Positions 56,221 to 64,000 of a stretch of 64,000 bases of DNA are shown here, in pieces. The translations under genes were made by a program, and so were the position numbers. The stretch covers positions 615-64,614 of the forward strand of contig CAYIAX010000004.1 in assembly GCA_964361595.1 (NCBI GenBank), given 5' to 3'. The stretch comes from an uncultured Candidatus Saccharibacteria bacterium. Lineage in GTDB: Bacteria; Patescibacteriota; Minisyncoccia; UBA6257; 2-01-FULL-56-20. Every line of letters starts with the position of its first letter. Within the stretch, counting starts at the first letter, position 1. Under the pieces are notes generated by a model. The model was not told the origin of the DNA. It saw nothing but the letters and a program-made list of their open reading frames with translations, and did not search any database.

Positions 56221-57072
56221 ATGCAGGATAAATCTATTCCAGATTCCAGATTCCAGATTCTAGATTCTCGCCGGGGTTTCACCATCCTTGAGCTTTTGAT
56301 TTTCACCGCGATTTTTACCGGCGCGGCGATGGCGTTTATCGCGATCCTGGTGGCGGTTACGCGCGTCCACGTCCGCCAGAACGCGATGGCCGAGGTAACG
56401 CAGCAAAGCCAATTCCTGCTGACCACGATTCAGCGCTACGTCGAACAGTCGAGCGCCATCGAAATGGCCAACGATTCGACGACGAGCACCTTAAAGCTTC
56501 GCATGGCTTCGACGACCGGCGATCCCGCCTATATTTATTTGTCGGGAACGACCGTCTACCTGAAACAAACGGAGAGTGGCACGGCCGAGCCTTTGACTTC
56601 GGACAAGGTGCAGATAACAAGTTTGAATTTCGCCAAGCGGTCTAATCCCGGCGGCCACGATTCGGTGAGCGTGGCCTTTCTGATGAACTATAACGCGACG
56701 AACATTCAGCACCGCTTCACGAATGAAATTGATACTGCGATCGGCCGGGTCTCCGCGGCCACTTTTGATTCGAACATTTTGCCTTCGACCGGGAACACTT
56801 ACCGCCTGGGCACGGCGGCGGCGGATTGGCAGGCGATCAACAACACGATTTATTTCAGCGGCTCGAACGTGGGCGTGGGGGTTGCCTCGCCAGGCCAGAC
56901 GCTCGAGGTAAACGGCGGCGTGCGCTTGAATACGACGACCGGGAAGCCGACTTGCGACTCTACCCAGCGCGGCACGCTGTGGGTAACGCAGTCCGCGAGC
57001 GGCACCAAGGATTATGTCCAGGCCTGTATTCGCAGTTCTACGAGCACGTTTTACTGGGCAACTTTAGATTAG
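56221..57072 (+). CDS. type IV pilin-like protein (class III signal peptide) with a long C-terminal domain
   Basis: Prepilin motif RRGFTILELLIFTAIFTGAAMAFIAILV (G|FT(L/I)xE). C-terminal SGSNVGVGVASPGQTLEVNGG echoes the giant-protein repeat. Confidence 0.7.
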   Translation: MQDKSIPDSRFQILDSRRGFTILELLIFTAIFTGAAMAFIAILVAVTRVHVRQNAMAEVTQQSQFLLTTIQRYVEQSSAIEMANDSTTSTLKLRMASTTGDPAYIYLSGTTVYLKQTESGTAEPLTSDKVQITSLNFAKRSNPGGHDSVSVAFLMNYNATNIQHRFTNEIDTAIGRVSAATFDSNILPSTGNTYRLGTAAADWQAINNTIYFSGSNVGVGVASPGQTLEVNGGVRLNTTTGKPTCDSTQRGTLWVTQSASGTKDYVQACIRSSTSTFYWATLD

Positions 57073-57209
57073 AACCTAGAAGCTAGAATTCAGAATCTAG
57101 AATCGCTTTTAAAACCTAGAAGTTAGAATTTAGAACCCAGAAGAAACATGATCGAAACTTTTTAATCATAAATTCTAAATTCTAGGTTCTAGATTCTAGA
57201 TTCTGCACA
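57073..57209. repeat. TAGAAC satellite arranged as an imperfect large palindrome
   Basis: ttagaacctagaagctagaattcagaatctagaatc ... cataaattctaaattctaggttctagattctagattctg. Confidence 0.6.
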
Positions 57210-57548
57210 ATGACCAAATCTTTCAAGGAGCTTCTGGTTTGGCAAAAAGCCAAGGAATTAGCCGTTGAAATTTATAAGCTGACGGAAGAATTTCCAAACT
57301 CTGAAATTTATGGTTTAAGCAGCCAGATGCGAAGAGCTGTTATTTCGATTTCTTCTAATATCGCGGAAAGCTACCAGCGTTTTCATAAAAAAGAAAAAGA
57401 CCAATTACTTGCAGTGGCTTACGGTTCGGGCGCGGAGCTTGAAAGCCAGATTGAAATAGCAAGGGAGTTGTTCCCTAGCTTAAAATATGAAAAAGCAGAT
57501 GCGATTCTTTTGGAAGTTATGAAAATGCTTAACAATTTCCTGCATTAA
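57210..57548 (+). CDS. four-helix-bundle protein (TIGR02436 / '23S rRNA intervening-sequence protein' family; Avd-like fold)
   Basis: KELLVWQKAKELAVEIYKLTEEFPNSEIYGLSSQMRRAVISISSNIAESYQRF...AYGSGAELESQIEIAREL. Confidence 0.8.
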   Translation: MTKSFKELLVWQKAKELAVEIYKLTEEFPNSEIYGLSSQMRRAVISISSNIAESYQRFHKKEKDQLLAVAYGSGAELESQIEIARELFPSLKYEKADAILLEVMKMLNNFLH

Positions 57549-57677
57549 GTCAATTTCCAGCTTCCAGCTTCCAGCTTCCAGCTTCTAAGTTTGCTTGTGG
57601 ATAAACTATTTACCGGCTTGTTATATACTATTATTGAGTATTCTAGGTTCTAAATTCTGAATTCTAGATTCTAAACA
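57549..57677. repeat. simple repeats: (ccagctt)x4 followed by an inverted TAGAAC-type array
   Basis: ccagcttccagcttccagcttccagcttc ... ttctaggttctaaattctgaattctagattctaaac. Confidence 0.55.
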
Positions 57678-58205
57678 ATGTCCAACAAACAAATCATCTA
57701 TGTTGTGATCGCCGTCGCCATCGCGGGTTCCTTGGTTGCCTATTTTGTTTCGCGCAAAGGGAGTAGCGCGCCGGAATCCGAACTTAGCCAGCAAGGAGGC
57801 CAAGGCTTGGTTACGCGGGAAGTGGCGCCGGAGAATATCGCAGTTCCGGAAAAAGATTCCGGTAACGTTCCGGAAAATGTCGCCAAGCCCGAGCAGGTAT
57901 CGCCGGCGGCGGCTGGAGTAGAGGAAGATATGCGGACATTTTCGATTACCGTGTCGGGAAATAAATTTTCGCCGGACACAGTGATTGCTCGTGTCGGCGA
58001 CATCATTAAATTGAATTTCACCGCCGTCGACAAAAATTATGAATTTACCCAGCCGGATTATGGCTTTAAGGCCCAGCTCCCGAAAGGACAAACGGTTTCC
58101 GTAACCTTCGGCGTGAACGGCGAAGGCAAGTTCCTTTTCTACTGCGGCAGCTGCGGCGGGCCGTCACAGGGTCCGGTGGGATATATTATTGTGGTGAAAA
58201 GATAA
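57678..58205 (+). CDS. membrane-anchored cupredoxin-like domain protein
   Basis: N-terminal TM helix, then GDIIKLNFTAVDKNYEFTQPDYGFKAQLPKGQTVSVTF...GKFLFYCGSCGG, which resembles the Cupredoxin_1 pattern. Confidence 0.5.
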   Translation: MSNKQIIYVVIAVAIAGSLVAYFVSRKGSSAPESELSQQGGQGLVTREVAPENIAVPEKDSGNVPENVAKPEQVSPAAAGVEEDMRTFSITVSGNKFSPDTVIARVGDIIKLNFTAVDKNYEFTQPDYGFKAQLPKGQTVSVTFGVNGEGKFLFYCGSCGGPSQGPVGYIIVVKR

Positions 58206-58326
58206 GAACCTAGAATTTAGAACCTGGAATCTGGAAAATACGAATTATGCTATTACTAAAAAAGTCGATCGGTTTTTAAAGTTTTAAATTCTAGATTCTG
58301 AATTCTAGGTTCTAAATTCTAATCTC
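58206..58326. repeat. TAGAAC satellite, forward and inverted arrays
   Basis: gaacctagaatttagaacctggaatctgg ... aaattctagattctgaattctaggttctaaattctaatc. Confidence 0.55.
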
Positions 58327-58773
58327 ATGTTAAATAAAAAACTTTTAGGAATTTTAGTCGCGGTCATCGTTGTTCTCGTTCTGGTCGGCGTCTGGGTGGG
58401 GGTTAAACTTACCGGAAACGGCGCTGACGAGCCCTCGGAATATTCGGCGGTTTACCTTTCAAGCGGCGATATTTATTTCGGCAAACTCTCCTGGTTCCCG
58501 TGGCCCAAAATTAAAAATGTTTGGTACATCCAGCGGGGAGTGGACGCGCAGAATCAGCCCCAGCTGGGACTTGCGCCTTTCACTTCCGTTTTCTGGGGTC
58601 CGGTTGACGAAGTTTCCTTAAATCCCAAAGAAATTCTTTTTTGGACGCGCTTGCGCGAAAGCAGCCAGCTTGTGCAGGCCTTCAGGAACCCGCAAGCGGT
58701 CCAGCCGCCGCCCGCGAATCAGCAGGTTTCACCAGGGCAGCAGCAAAATCCCACAAGCGGAAACCCTCAATAG
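58327..58773 (+). CDS. hypothetical membrane-anchored protein, Q/P-rich C-terminus
   Basis: TM helix LLGILVAVIVVLVLVGVWVGV; C-terminal low complexity (PQAVQPPPANQQVSPGQQQNPTSGNPQ). Confidence 0.5.
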   Translation: MLNKKLLGILVAVIVVLVLVGVWVGVKLTGNGADEPSEYSAVYLSSGDIYFGKLSWFPWPKIKNVWYIQRGVDAQNQPQLGLAPFTSVFWGPVDEVSLNPKEILFWTRLRESSQLVQAFRNPQAVQPPPANQQVSPGQQQNPTSGNPQ

Positions 58774-58820
58774 TAAGTAGAAAGTGGTAGGTAGTAGGTG
58801 GAATATGGGACGATAAAAAC

Positions 58821-59192
58821 ATGACCGAAGGATCAAATATAAAATCCTTTCGGGATTTAAACATTTGGCAGAAAACAAAAGCCTATGCAGTAGCTTTGTA
58901 CAAAGTCACCGAGCAATTTCCTCGATCCGAGCTTTACGGGTTAACCAATCAAATCCGGCGCGCGGCGGTTTCTATGCCTGCGAATATCGCCGAAGGATTT
59001 AGGAGAAAGACAAAAAAAGAAAAACTGCAGTTTTTACGGATTGCCTATGGGTCAGGAGCTGAATTGGAGACACACCTCGAAATCAGCCGCGACTTGAATT
59101 ATTTGCCGGAAACATCGTATGCAAATCTGGCGCTTGAGTTGGAAAGCATTATGAAAATGATGAATTCAGCTCTCCGCTCTCTGGAAAGCTGA
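58821..59192 (+). CDS. four-helix-bundle protein (TIGR02436 / Avd-like), second copy
   Basis: FRDLNIWQKTKAYAVALYKVTEQFPRSELYGLTNQIRRAAVSMPANIAEGFRR...AYGSGAELETHLEISRDL. Confidence 0.8.
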   Translation: MTEGSNIKSFRDLNIWQKTKAYAVALYKVTEQFPRSELYGLTNQIRRAAVSMPANIAEGFRRKTKKEKLQFLRIAYGSGAELETHLEISRDLNYLPETSYANLALELESIMKMMNSALRSLES

Positions 59193-59291
59193 AATAGCAG
59201 GATAATTGTCTACCACCTACCACCTACCACCAAATACTTGTCCACAGCCGTTAAATCCCCGGGTTCTATATAATAAAGGTAAATACGCAGC

Positions 59292-62200
59292 ATGAACCAG
59301 CAAGCTCGGACATACCGGAGAAAATTAGCCTGGAGTTTAATCAGCTTAATTTCGCTCGCTATTCTACCACCTACCACCTACCACCTACTACCTACCGCAA
59401 ACGCCTTCACCGGCCCGTCCTCGGGCGGCGGCGTGGGCACGGGCGCGATCGGCGTGAATTCGGCCAATAACTTGAGCGTCGGCACCTCGACGCCGCTTGC
59501 CGAGACCAAGTTTTTGATCGTGGCTTCCAGCTCGGCCGACAGCGCGAACTTTGCGGTTAAAGTCAGCTACCCCTTGAGTACGCCGATCTTGTGGGTGCGG
59601 AACGACGGCAAGGTCATGATCGGCACCTCCACGCCCATTTCCGCCGCGGCTCTGACGGTGCAGGGCGACATTTATGCAACCGGCAACTTGTATGGCACTC
59701 TTTCCGGCGCAGTTTTAGCTGCAAACGTTACGTCCGACGTCTTCGGCCGCCTGCAGGGCAACGGGAATTTCGCTTTTCCGGCCTCGCTAGGTGTCGGCAC
59801 TTCTTCGCAGGCGGGACTGCCGCAGGAACTCTCGGTTTATGGCGATGCGTATGTAACGGGCAGCGTCGGCATCGGGACGACGGGGCCGGGGGCAAAGTTA
59901 CAAGTTCTTGGAGGGAATGTGCTTGTTGGTGGCTATGGTACTGGAACGGAATATGGCATTCTGTTGTCGCCAAGCGATGCTGGTAACTACCACTGGATAG
60001 CTCAAATTGCTGGTACTAAGTTGCAGATTGGCTCAGGAAACGTTATTGGTACATCTCCTCAAGTTACTATTGACAACTCCGGCAACGTTGGCATCGGGAC
60101 GACGGGACCGAGTTCAAAGCTGGATGTTAAGGGAAGCGCAGGAGCATTGACCGATTACGGCATCGCCACGATTGAAGAACCAACTCAAAATAGAGGTATT
60201 TCTTTTGGATTCGATACTACAAATGACTGGACATGGGTTTACAGCCGAGATGTTGGAGTGGAAAGTAAACCAATAAGATTTAATGATTTATTTTTTGTTG
60301 GCAAAGGAAACGGCAACGTCGGCATCGGGACGACGAATCCGAGTGATTTATTAACGGTGGTGACAAGTGCCCAGGGGACTGGCGGTATGTCAATTCAACA
60401 AGCTACCAATGAGGGACTATGGTTCAGGCCGGATAATTCTGCTGGCGCGTCCAATCCTCTCGTTCAGGCCGGGGACAAGAGTATTATATTTAGTGCTGGG
60501 TCTATCGAAACAGGTAATCTCGTCATTGCGCCTTGGTCGGCTAGCAGTTATGGAGTACGTATAACGAATACCGGCAACGTCGGCATCGGGACGACGAATC
60601 CGAACGCTATGCTGGATGTTGCGGGTACGATTAACGGGCGGAACTACGCCGTTCCAGATACGGGAGCAACGTCGCAATGGGCAAAGCTAGGCACATTTAC
60701 TGCAGGGCAGGCTGGCCATACAATCCGTGTCGTCGCATACATCCACAACGGTTTTAATGCTGTAAACTCTCAAGATAGCGTTTATACCATAACTTTCAAG
60801 ACCTCTAACGGTTCAAGCGTAGACGGCAACGGCTTTGCAGGAAATGGAAGCTGGTACGCAATCGGTTTCAATTCTCAAATCCCATCTGGCAATATCAAGT
60901 GGAAGGCGAATGCCGCCGGGGTGAGCGCGACCTCATATGATCTCTATATTCTCTTGCCCATTTTTACCACTAATAGCCACTACGCTGTCTCCGTGGTTTC
61001 AACCGCAAGCTGGACAAATGTCGGATCAATTGGTCAGACTGACCCAGGCATTGCGAGCGCCTCGGTACTTATACCGACACCAGAGTTCAATGTGCCTTAC
61101 GGCAGCGTCGGCATCGGGACGACGGGGCCTGCCACTAAACTCGAAGTAGATGGGGATACGACACTTCTAGTTCCGTCTACTGTTGCCACTGCGACGACGG
61201 ATTATGCATTAAGGCTTTTCGACAATAGGACGAGAACGGCCAATAACGCTCAAGCGATTATATTTCAAAATGCTTCAACAGAGCATTTCGCGCGGATTGA
61301 AGTTACTGATTTGGGTGGTGGCGGTAACGCGGCGGCACGTATGGATTTCAAGGTAAACAGTGCCGCAGAGGGGACTAATCCAACCTCGCGCCTGACAATT
61401 CTAAATAGCGGCAACGTCGGCATCGGGACGACCAACCCCACGAGCACCCTCACTGTCGTCGGCGAAATCAAAACCACCTCCGGCGGCGTCCGCTTCCCCG
61501 ACGCCACCCTCCAGACCACGGCCTACACCGGCACTTCCACCCAGGTGGTCTCGGCCGCGAACGTCTCGGCCGACGTCTTCGGCCGCCTGCAGGGCAACGG
61601 GAATTTCGCTTTTCCGGCCTCGCTCGGCGTCGCCACCTCGACGCAGGTCGGCTTGCCCCAGGAACTTTCGGTATATGGCGATATCTATGCCTCTGGCAAC
61701 GTCGGCATCGGGACGACGAGTCCAAACGCGGGATTGCAAATTAGCGGCGGCAACGTTCATGTGCAGGGTTCTTTCAGCAACAGTAATCAGTTAAGAATTA
61801 CCGGAACGGGAGCCGCGGGTACGGGCAACGATGCGATTCTCCGTTTTGATACGTCCAGCAATAGCCGAGTGATATATGTGGATGAAAGTGATTCAAACAA
61901 AATGAAGTTTACTGGCGGTGGAGCAACGGATTTGGTCACAATAGATAACAGCGGCAATGTCGGCATCGGGACGACGGGGCCAAACCGAAGGCTTACGATA
62001 GGAAATCCTGGAGCGGTAAGTACCAATACACAACTGCTCTACCTTAAACAGCCCAATGATTATGGTTACTCATTCAATATCGATGATTCTGTTACTGGTC
62101 GTATGTATCTCCAAGGAGTCAATGCTGGTGTTGAATCAAACATTATGACTCTTGACAGAACAACCGGCAACGTCGGCATCGGGACGACGGGGCCGGTGAC

Positions 62201-64000
62201 CAAGCTCCAAGTGGGTTTGGATGCTCCGGGAAGTGGGACTCAAGAGCACATGCGGTTCTCCAATGCCGCGAACAGTGTGGCATACCTATTGATTGGCACC
62301 ATCGCGGGAGGAACACCGCCAGCGTATATTTCAACTGACGGAAGCGGTCGTCCGCTAGTCTTGCAGAATAACGGCGGCAACGTCGGCATCGGGACACCCC
62401 AATCGGGGACAGCACCGGCTGAGAGACTTCACGTGATCAACAATGTGTCAGCCGCTCTTGGCTATTCACTGAAGTTACAGAATGACGACACCATCGACTC
62501 TGGAACTACGGGGACAGGCATTCTGTTTGCGGTAGGCAGTGGCGGCGCTGCTCGCGGGAAGGGTGGATTGGTTTATGCTTATCCAACTGGCGGCGGCACG
62601 TGGAATCGCGGGAATTTTTATTTCCTGCAAAACAGTGTAGCAGATGCGAGCACTCCAACACTGGCAAATTCAGTTGTAACCATAACGAATACCGGCAACG
62701 TCGGCATCGGGACGACGGGGCCAGGTGCGAAGCTGGATGTAGCGGGAACCATGCGCATAAGAGACCAAGGAGACAATGTCCTTTCGGTGCTTCAATCCTC
62801 TAAAACTTACCAGCTTATCGGGACTTACTCGGGGTGGGATGCGAATGCGATTTATCTTGGTGGTTACAATGCCACAAACAACCCGCAGAATTCCTCCAGC
62901 ACCCGGGTCATTGTCGGCGGCTCCGGTTCCACCCTGCCGCTCGACGTTACCGGTGTTCTTACCGTCTACGGCAGCGGAAATTCTAGTTTTGCCGGCAACG
63001 TCGGGATTGGGACGACTACGCCAAGTGCAAAACTAGAAATACAAGCGGCACAGAATGCCGCTCATTTAGAATTGGAGAGCACTGGCAGCGGTGCAAGAAG
63101 GTGGGGTTTGATAGTTAATCCTGGCTGGGCGGCTGGCTCCTTAAGTTTGTATGATTTAACTTCTGACAGTGCAAGGTTATTGATTGACACCTCCGGCAAC
63201 GTCGGCATCGGGACGACCCAGCCATCTTCAACCTTGCACGTCATCGGCGACATCCGCGCCTCGGGCAACCTTTACGGCACTTTTAGCGGCGCGGTCTCGG
63301 CCGCCAACGTCTCGGCCGACGTCTTCGGCCGCCTGCAGGGCAACGGGAATTTCGCTTTTCCGGCCTCGCTCGGCGTCGCCACCTCGACGCAGGTCGGCTT
63401 GCCCCAGGAACTTTCGGTATATGGCGATATCTATGCCTCTGGCAACGTCGGCATCGGGACGACGGGGCCAGTAGCGAAACTACATGTGTATGATGGGTCA
63501 ACCAGTGCTTATCTCAAAATACAAGCCCCCTTGGCAAGCCAGAGTGCACTTGAGTTTGCAGACAACACAAATGGTCAAGACATTGTGATTTATCGTTTCC
63601 AAGGGACAAGGGATTTAAGTATCTGGACGCCAACTGCCAGCGATATTGTTCGAGTGACACAAGGCGGCAATGTCGGCATCGGGACGACGGGGCCGCAGCA
63701 AAAACTTCATTTCTCTCCAGGAAGCTTTATTGGATTACCTATATCATCTCCTTATGTCCCTGCTACATGGCAAAGAGGGGGTACAGGTATTATTTTGGCT
63801 GGAGCGCAGAATACAGACGGGACCGGCTGGAATTACGGTAGCAGAATGACTGTGTCGGATTACGGTGATGGCTTAGGTACCTCGATAGACGCGTTGGCAA
63901 ACGGAACATGGTATAATGACGCATTGTTTATTAGTGGACGGTCTGGCAGATATGGATACGTCGGCATCGGGACGACGGGGCCAGCGCAAACACTTGACGT
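59292..64000 (+). CDS. giant secreted/cell-surface fibre-like repeat protein (>1569 aa, 3' end off the window) with ~16 copies of the motif (S/T)GNVGIGTT(G/N/S)PxxKLxV
   Basis: Frame 0 stays open from ATG 59292 to the window end (hand translated); absent from the ORF track because it has no stop. N-terminal TM/signal WSLISLISLAIL. Periodic ggcaacgtcggcatcgggacgacggggcc DNA repeat every 200-300 bp. Confidence 0.8.
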   Translation, partial: MNQQARTYRRKLAWSLISLISLAILPPTTYHLLPTANAFTGPSSGGGVGTGAIGVNSANNLSVGTSTPLAETKFLIVASSSADSANFAVKVSYPLSTPILWVRNDGKVMIGTSTPISAAALTVQGDIYATGNLYGTLSGAVLAANVTSDVFGRLQGNGNFAFPASLGVGTSSQAGLPQELSVYGDAYVTGSVGIGTTGPGAKLQVLGGNVLVGGYGTGTEYGILLSPSDAGNYHWIAQIAGTKLQIGSGNVIGTSPQVTIDNSGNVGIGTTGPSSKLDVKGSAGALTDYGIATIEEPTQNRGISFGFDTTNDWTWVYSRDVGVESKPIRFNDLFFVGKGNGNVGIGTTNPSDLLTVVTSAQGTGGMSIQQATNEGLWFRPDNSAGASNPLVQAGDKSIIFSAGSIETGNLVIAPWSASSYGVRITNTGNVGIGTTNPNAMLDVAGTINGRNYAVPDTGATSQWAKLGTFTAGQAGHTIRVVAYIHNGFNAVNSQDSVYTITFKTSNGSSVDGNGFAGNGSWYAIGFNSQIPSGNIKWKANAAGVSATSYDLYILLPIFTTNSHYAVSVVSTASWTNVGSIGQTDPGIASASVLIPTPEFNVPYGSVGIGTTGPATKLEVDGDTTLLVPSTVATATTDYALRLFDNRTRTANNAQAIIFQNASTEHFARIEVTDLGGGGNAAARMDFKVNSAAEGTNPTSRLTILNSGNVGIGTTNPTSTLTVVGEIKTTSGGVRFPDATLQTTAYTGTSTQVVSAANVSADVFGRLQGNGNFAFPASLGVATSTQVGLPQELSVYGDIYASGNVGIGTTSPNAGLQISGGNVHVQGSFSNSNQLRITGTGAAGTGNDAILRFDTSSNSRVIYVDESDSNKMKFTGGGATDLVTIDNSGNVGIGTTGPNRRLTIGNPGAVSTNTQLLYLKQPNDYGYSFNIDDSVTGRMYLQGVNAGVESNIMTLDRTTGNVGIGTTGPVTKLQVGLDAPGSGTQEHMRFSNAANSVAYLLIGTIAGGTPPAYISTDGSGRPLVLQNNGGNVGIGTPQSGTAPAERLHVINNVSAALGYSLKLQNDDTIDSGTTGTGILFAVGSGGAARGKGGLVYAYPTGGGTWNRGNFYFLQNSVADASTPTLANSVVTITNTGNVGIGTTGPGAKLDVAGTMRIRDQGDNVLSVLQSSKTYQLIGTYSGWDANAIYLGGYNATNNPQNSSSTRVIVGGSGSTLPLDVTGVLTVYGSGNSSFAGNVGIGTTTPSAKLEIQAAQNAAHLELESTGSGARRWGLIVNPGWAAGSLSLYDLTSDSARLLIDTSGNVGIGTTQPSSTLHVIGDIRASGNLYGTFSGAVSAANVSADVFGRLQGNGNFAFPASLGVATSTQVGLPQELSVYGDIYASGNVGIGTTGPVAKLHVYDGSTSAYLKIQAPLASQSALEFADNTNGQDIVIYRFQGTRDLSIWTPTASDIVRVTQGGNVGIGTTGPQQKLHFSPGSFIGLPISSPYVPATWQRGGTGIILAGAQNTDGTGWNYGSRMTVSDYGDGLGTSIDALANGTWYNDALFISGRSGRYGYVGIGTTGPAQTLD
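59706..59886 (+). repeat. intragenic long repeat, copy A (diverged) of a ~174-bp module
   Basis: Shares a 57-bp identical core (gtccgacgtcttcggccgcctgcagggcaacgggaatttcgcttttccggcctcgct) with copies B and C. Confidence 0.7.
61545..61718 (+). repeat. intragenic long repeat, copy B (174 bp)
   Basis: Identical to copy C except for one g/c difference. Encodes ANVSADVFGRLQGNGNFAFPASLGVATSTQVGLPQELSVYGDIYASGNVGIGTT. Confidence 0.85.
63291..63464 (+). repeat. intragenic long repeat, copy C (174 bp)
   Basis: See copy B. Confidence 0.85.

Noticed and set aside
61468-61725. Minus-strand Arg-rich ORFs (61468..61725, 63283..63501, 59728..59973, 61401..61760) in the ORF track
   Set aside because: They are antisense read-through of the GC-rich intragenic repeat in the giant plus-strand gene. 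They are near-duplicates of each other because the underlying DNA repeat is duplicated.
57210-63464. Diversity-generating retroelement (two Avd-like four-helix-bundle genes plus near-identical repeats)
   Set aside because: No reverse transcriptase ORF is in the window. The repeat copies differ at non-adenine positions or are identical, which does not fit TR/VR adenine mutagenesis. TIGR02436 proteins commonly occur as stand-alone genes.
59860-64000. Regularly spaced ~29-nt near-identical DNA repeats (ggcaacgtcggcatcgggacgacggggcc, about 16 copies), superficially CRISPR-like
   Set aside because: The spacing is 200-300 bp rather than 30-40 bp. All copies lie in one open reading frame and encode the peptide motif GNVGIGTTGP, so they are protein repeats, not a CRISPR array. 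No cas genes are nearby.

Overview
The window is a gene-dense, ~50% GC bacterial chromosome segment whose gene content and reduced proteins (AlaS without a C-terminal domain, RpoA without the alpha-CTD, a type IV pilin, many short membrane proteins) suggest a CPR/Patescibacteria-like genome; this is an inference, not a database result.

Housekeeping genes present:
- + strand: gyrB; secE-nusG-rplK-tmk-gatB; serS; lepA; pcm; dnaG-rpoD; alaS; infA-rpmJ-rpsM-rpsK-rpsD-rpoA-rplQ-rplM-rpsI.
- - strand: miaA; thrS (interrupted by one in-frame TAG); valS; tsaD; rpmB; the complete F-type ATP synthase operon atpBEFHAGDC.
- tRNAs: Gly(CCC), Pro(GGG), Glu(UUC).
- Others: an AT-rich restriction-modification cassette at the left end, several glycosyltransferase and cell-envelope genes, and at the right end a >1560-codon repeat protein that runs off the window.

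The most unusual content is three families of small repeat elements:
- A ~125-bp TIR-flanked intergenic element (7 copies) sitting immediately upstream of ribosomal-protein and ATP-synthase start codons. Its 3' inverted repeat supplies the Shine-Dalgarno sequence and it carries a conserved leader mini-ORF.
- A GC-type palindromic element (units ACGCGGA/TCTGCGT/TCAGCGT) inserted in-frame inside at least six essential genes.
- An AT-type palindromic element (units CGAAAT/ATTCGG, core GAATCTACYAATYCATCCGAA) that occurs both as intergenic hairpins and as in-frame insertions.

Also notable: ValS carries a ~180-aa histidine-phosphatase (PGAM-like) domain inserted in its zinc-knuckle loop; a wHTH-Cas2-like fusion gene lies downstream of rpoD; and a tRNA-Glu-associated island bounded by TAGAAC satellites holds a pilin and two Avd-like four-helix-bundle genes.
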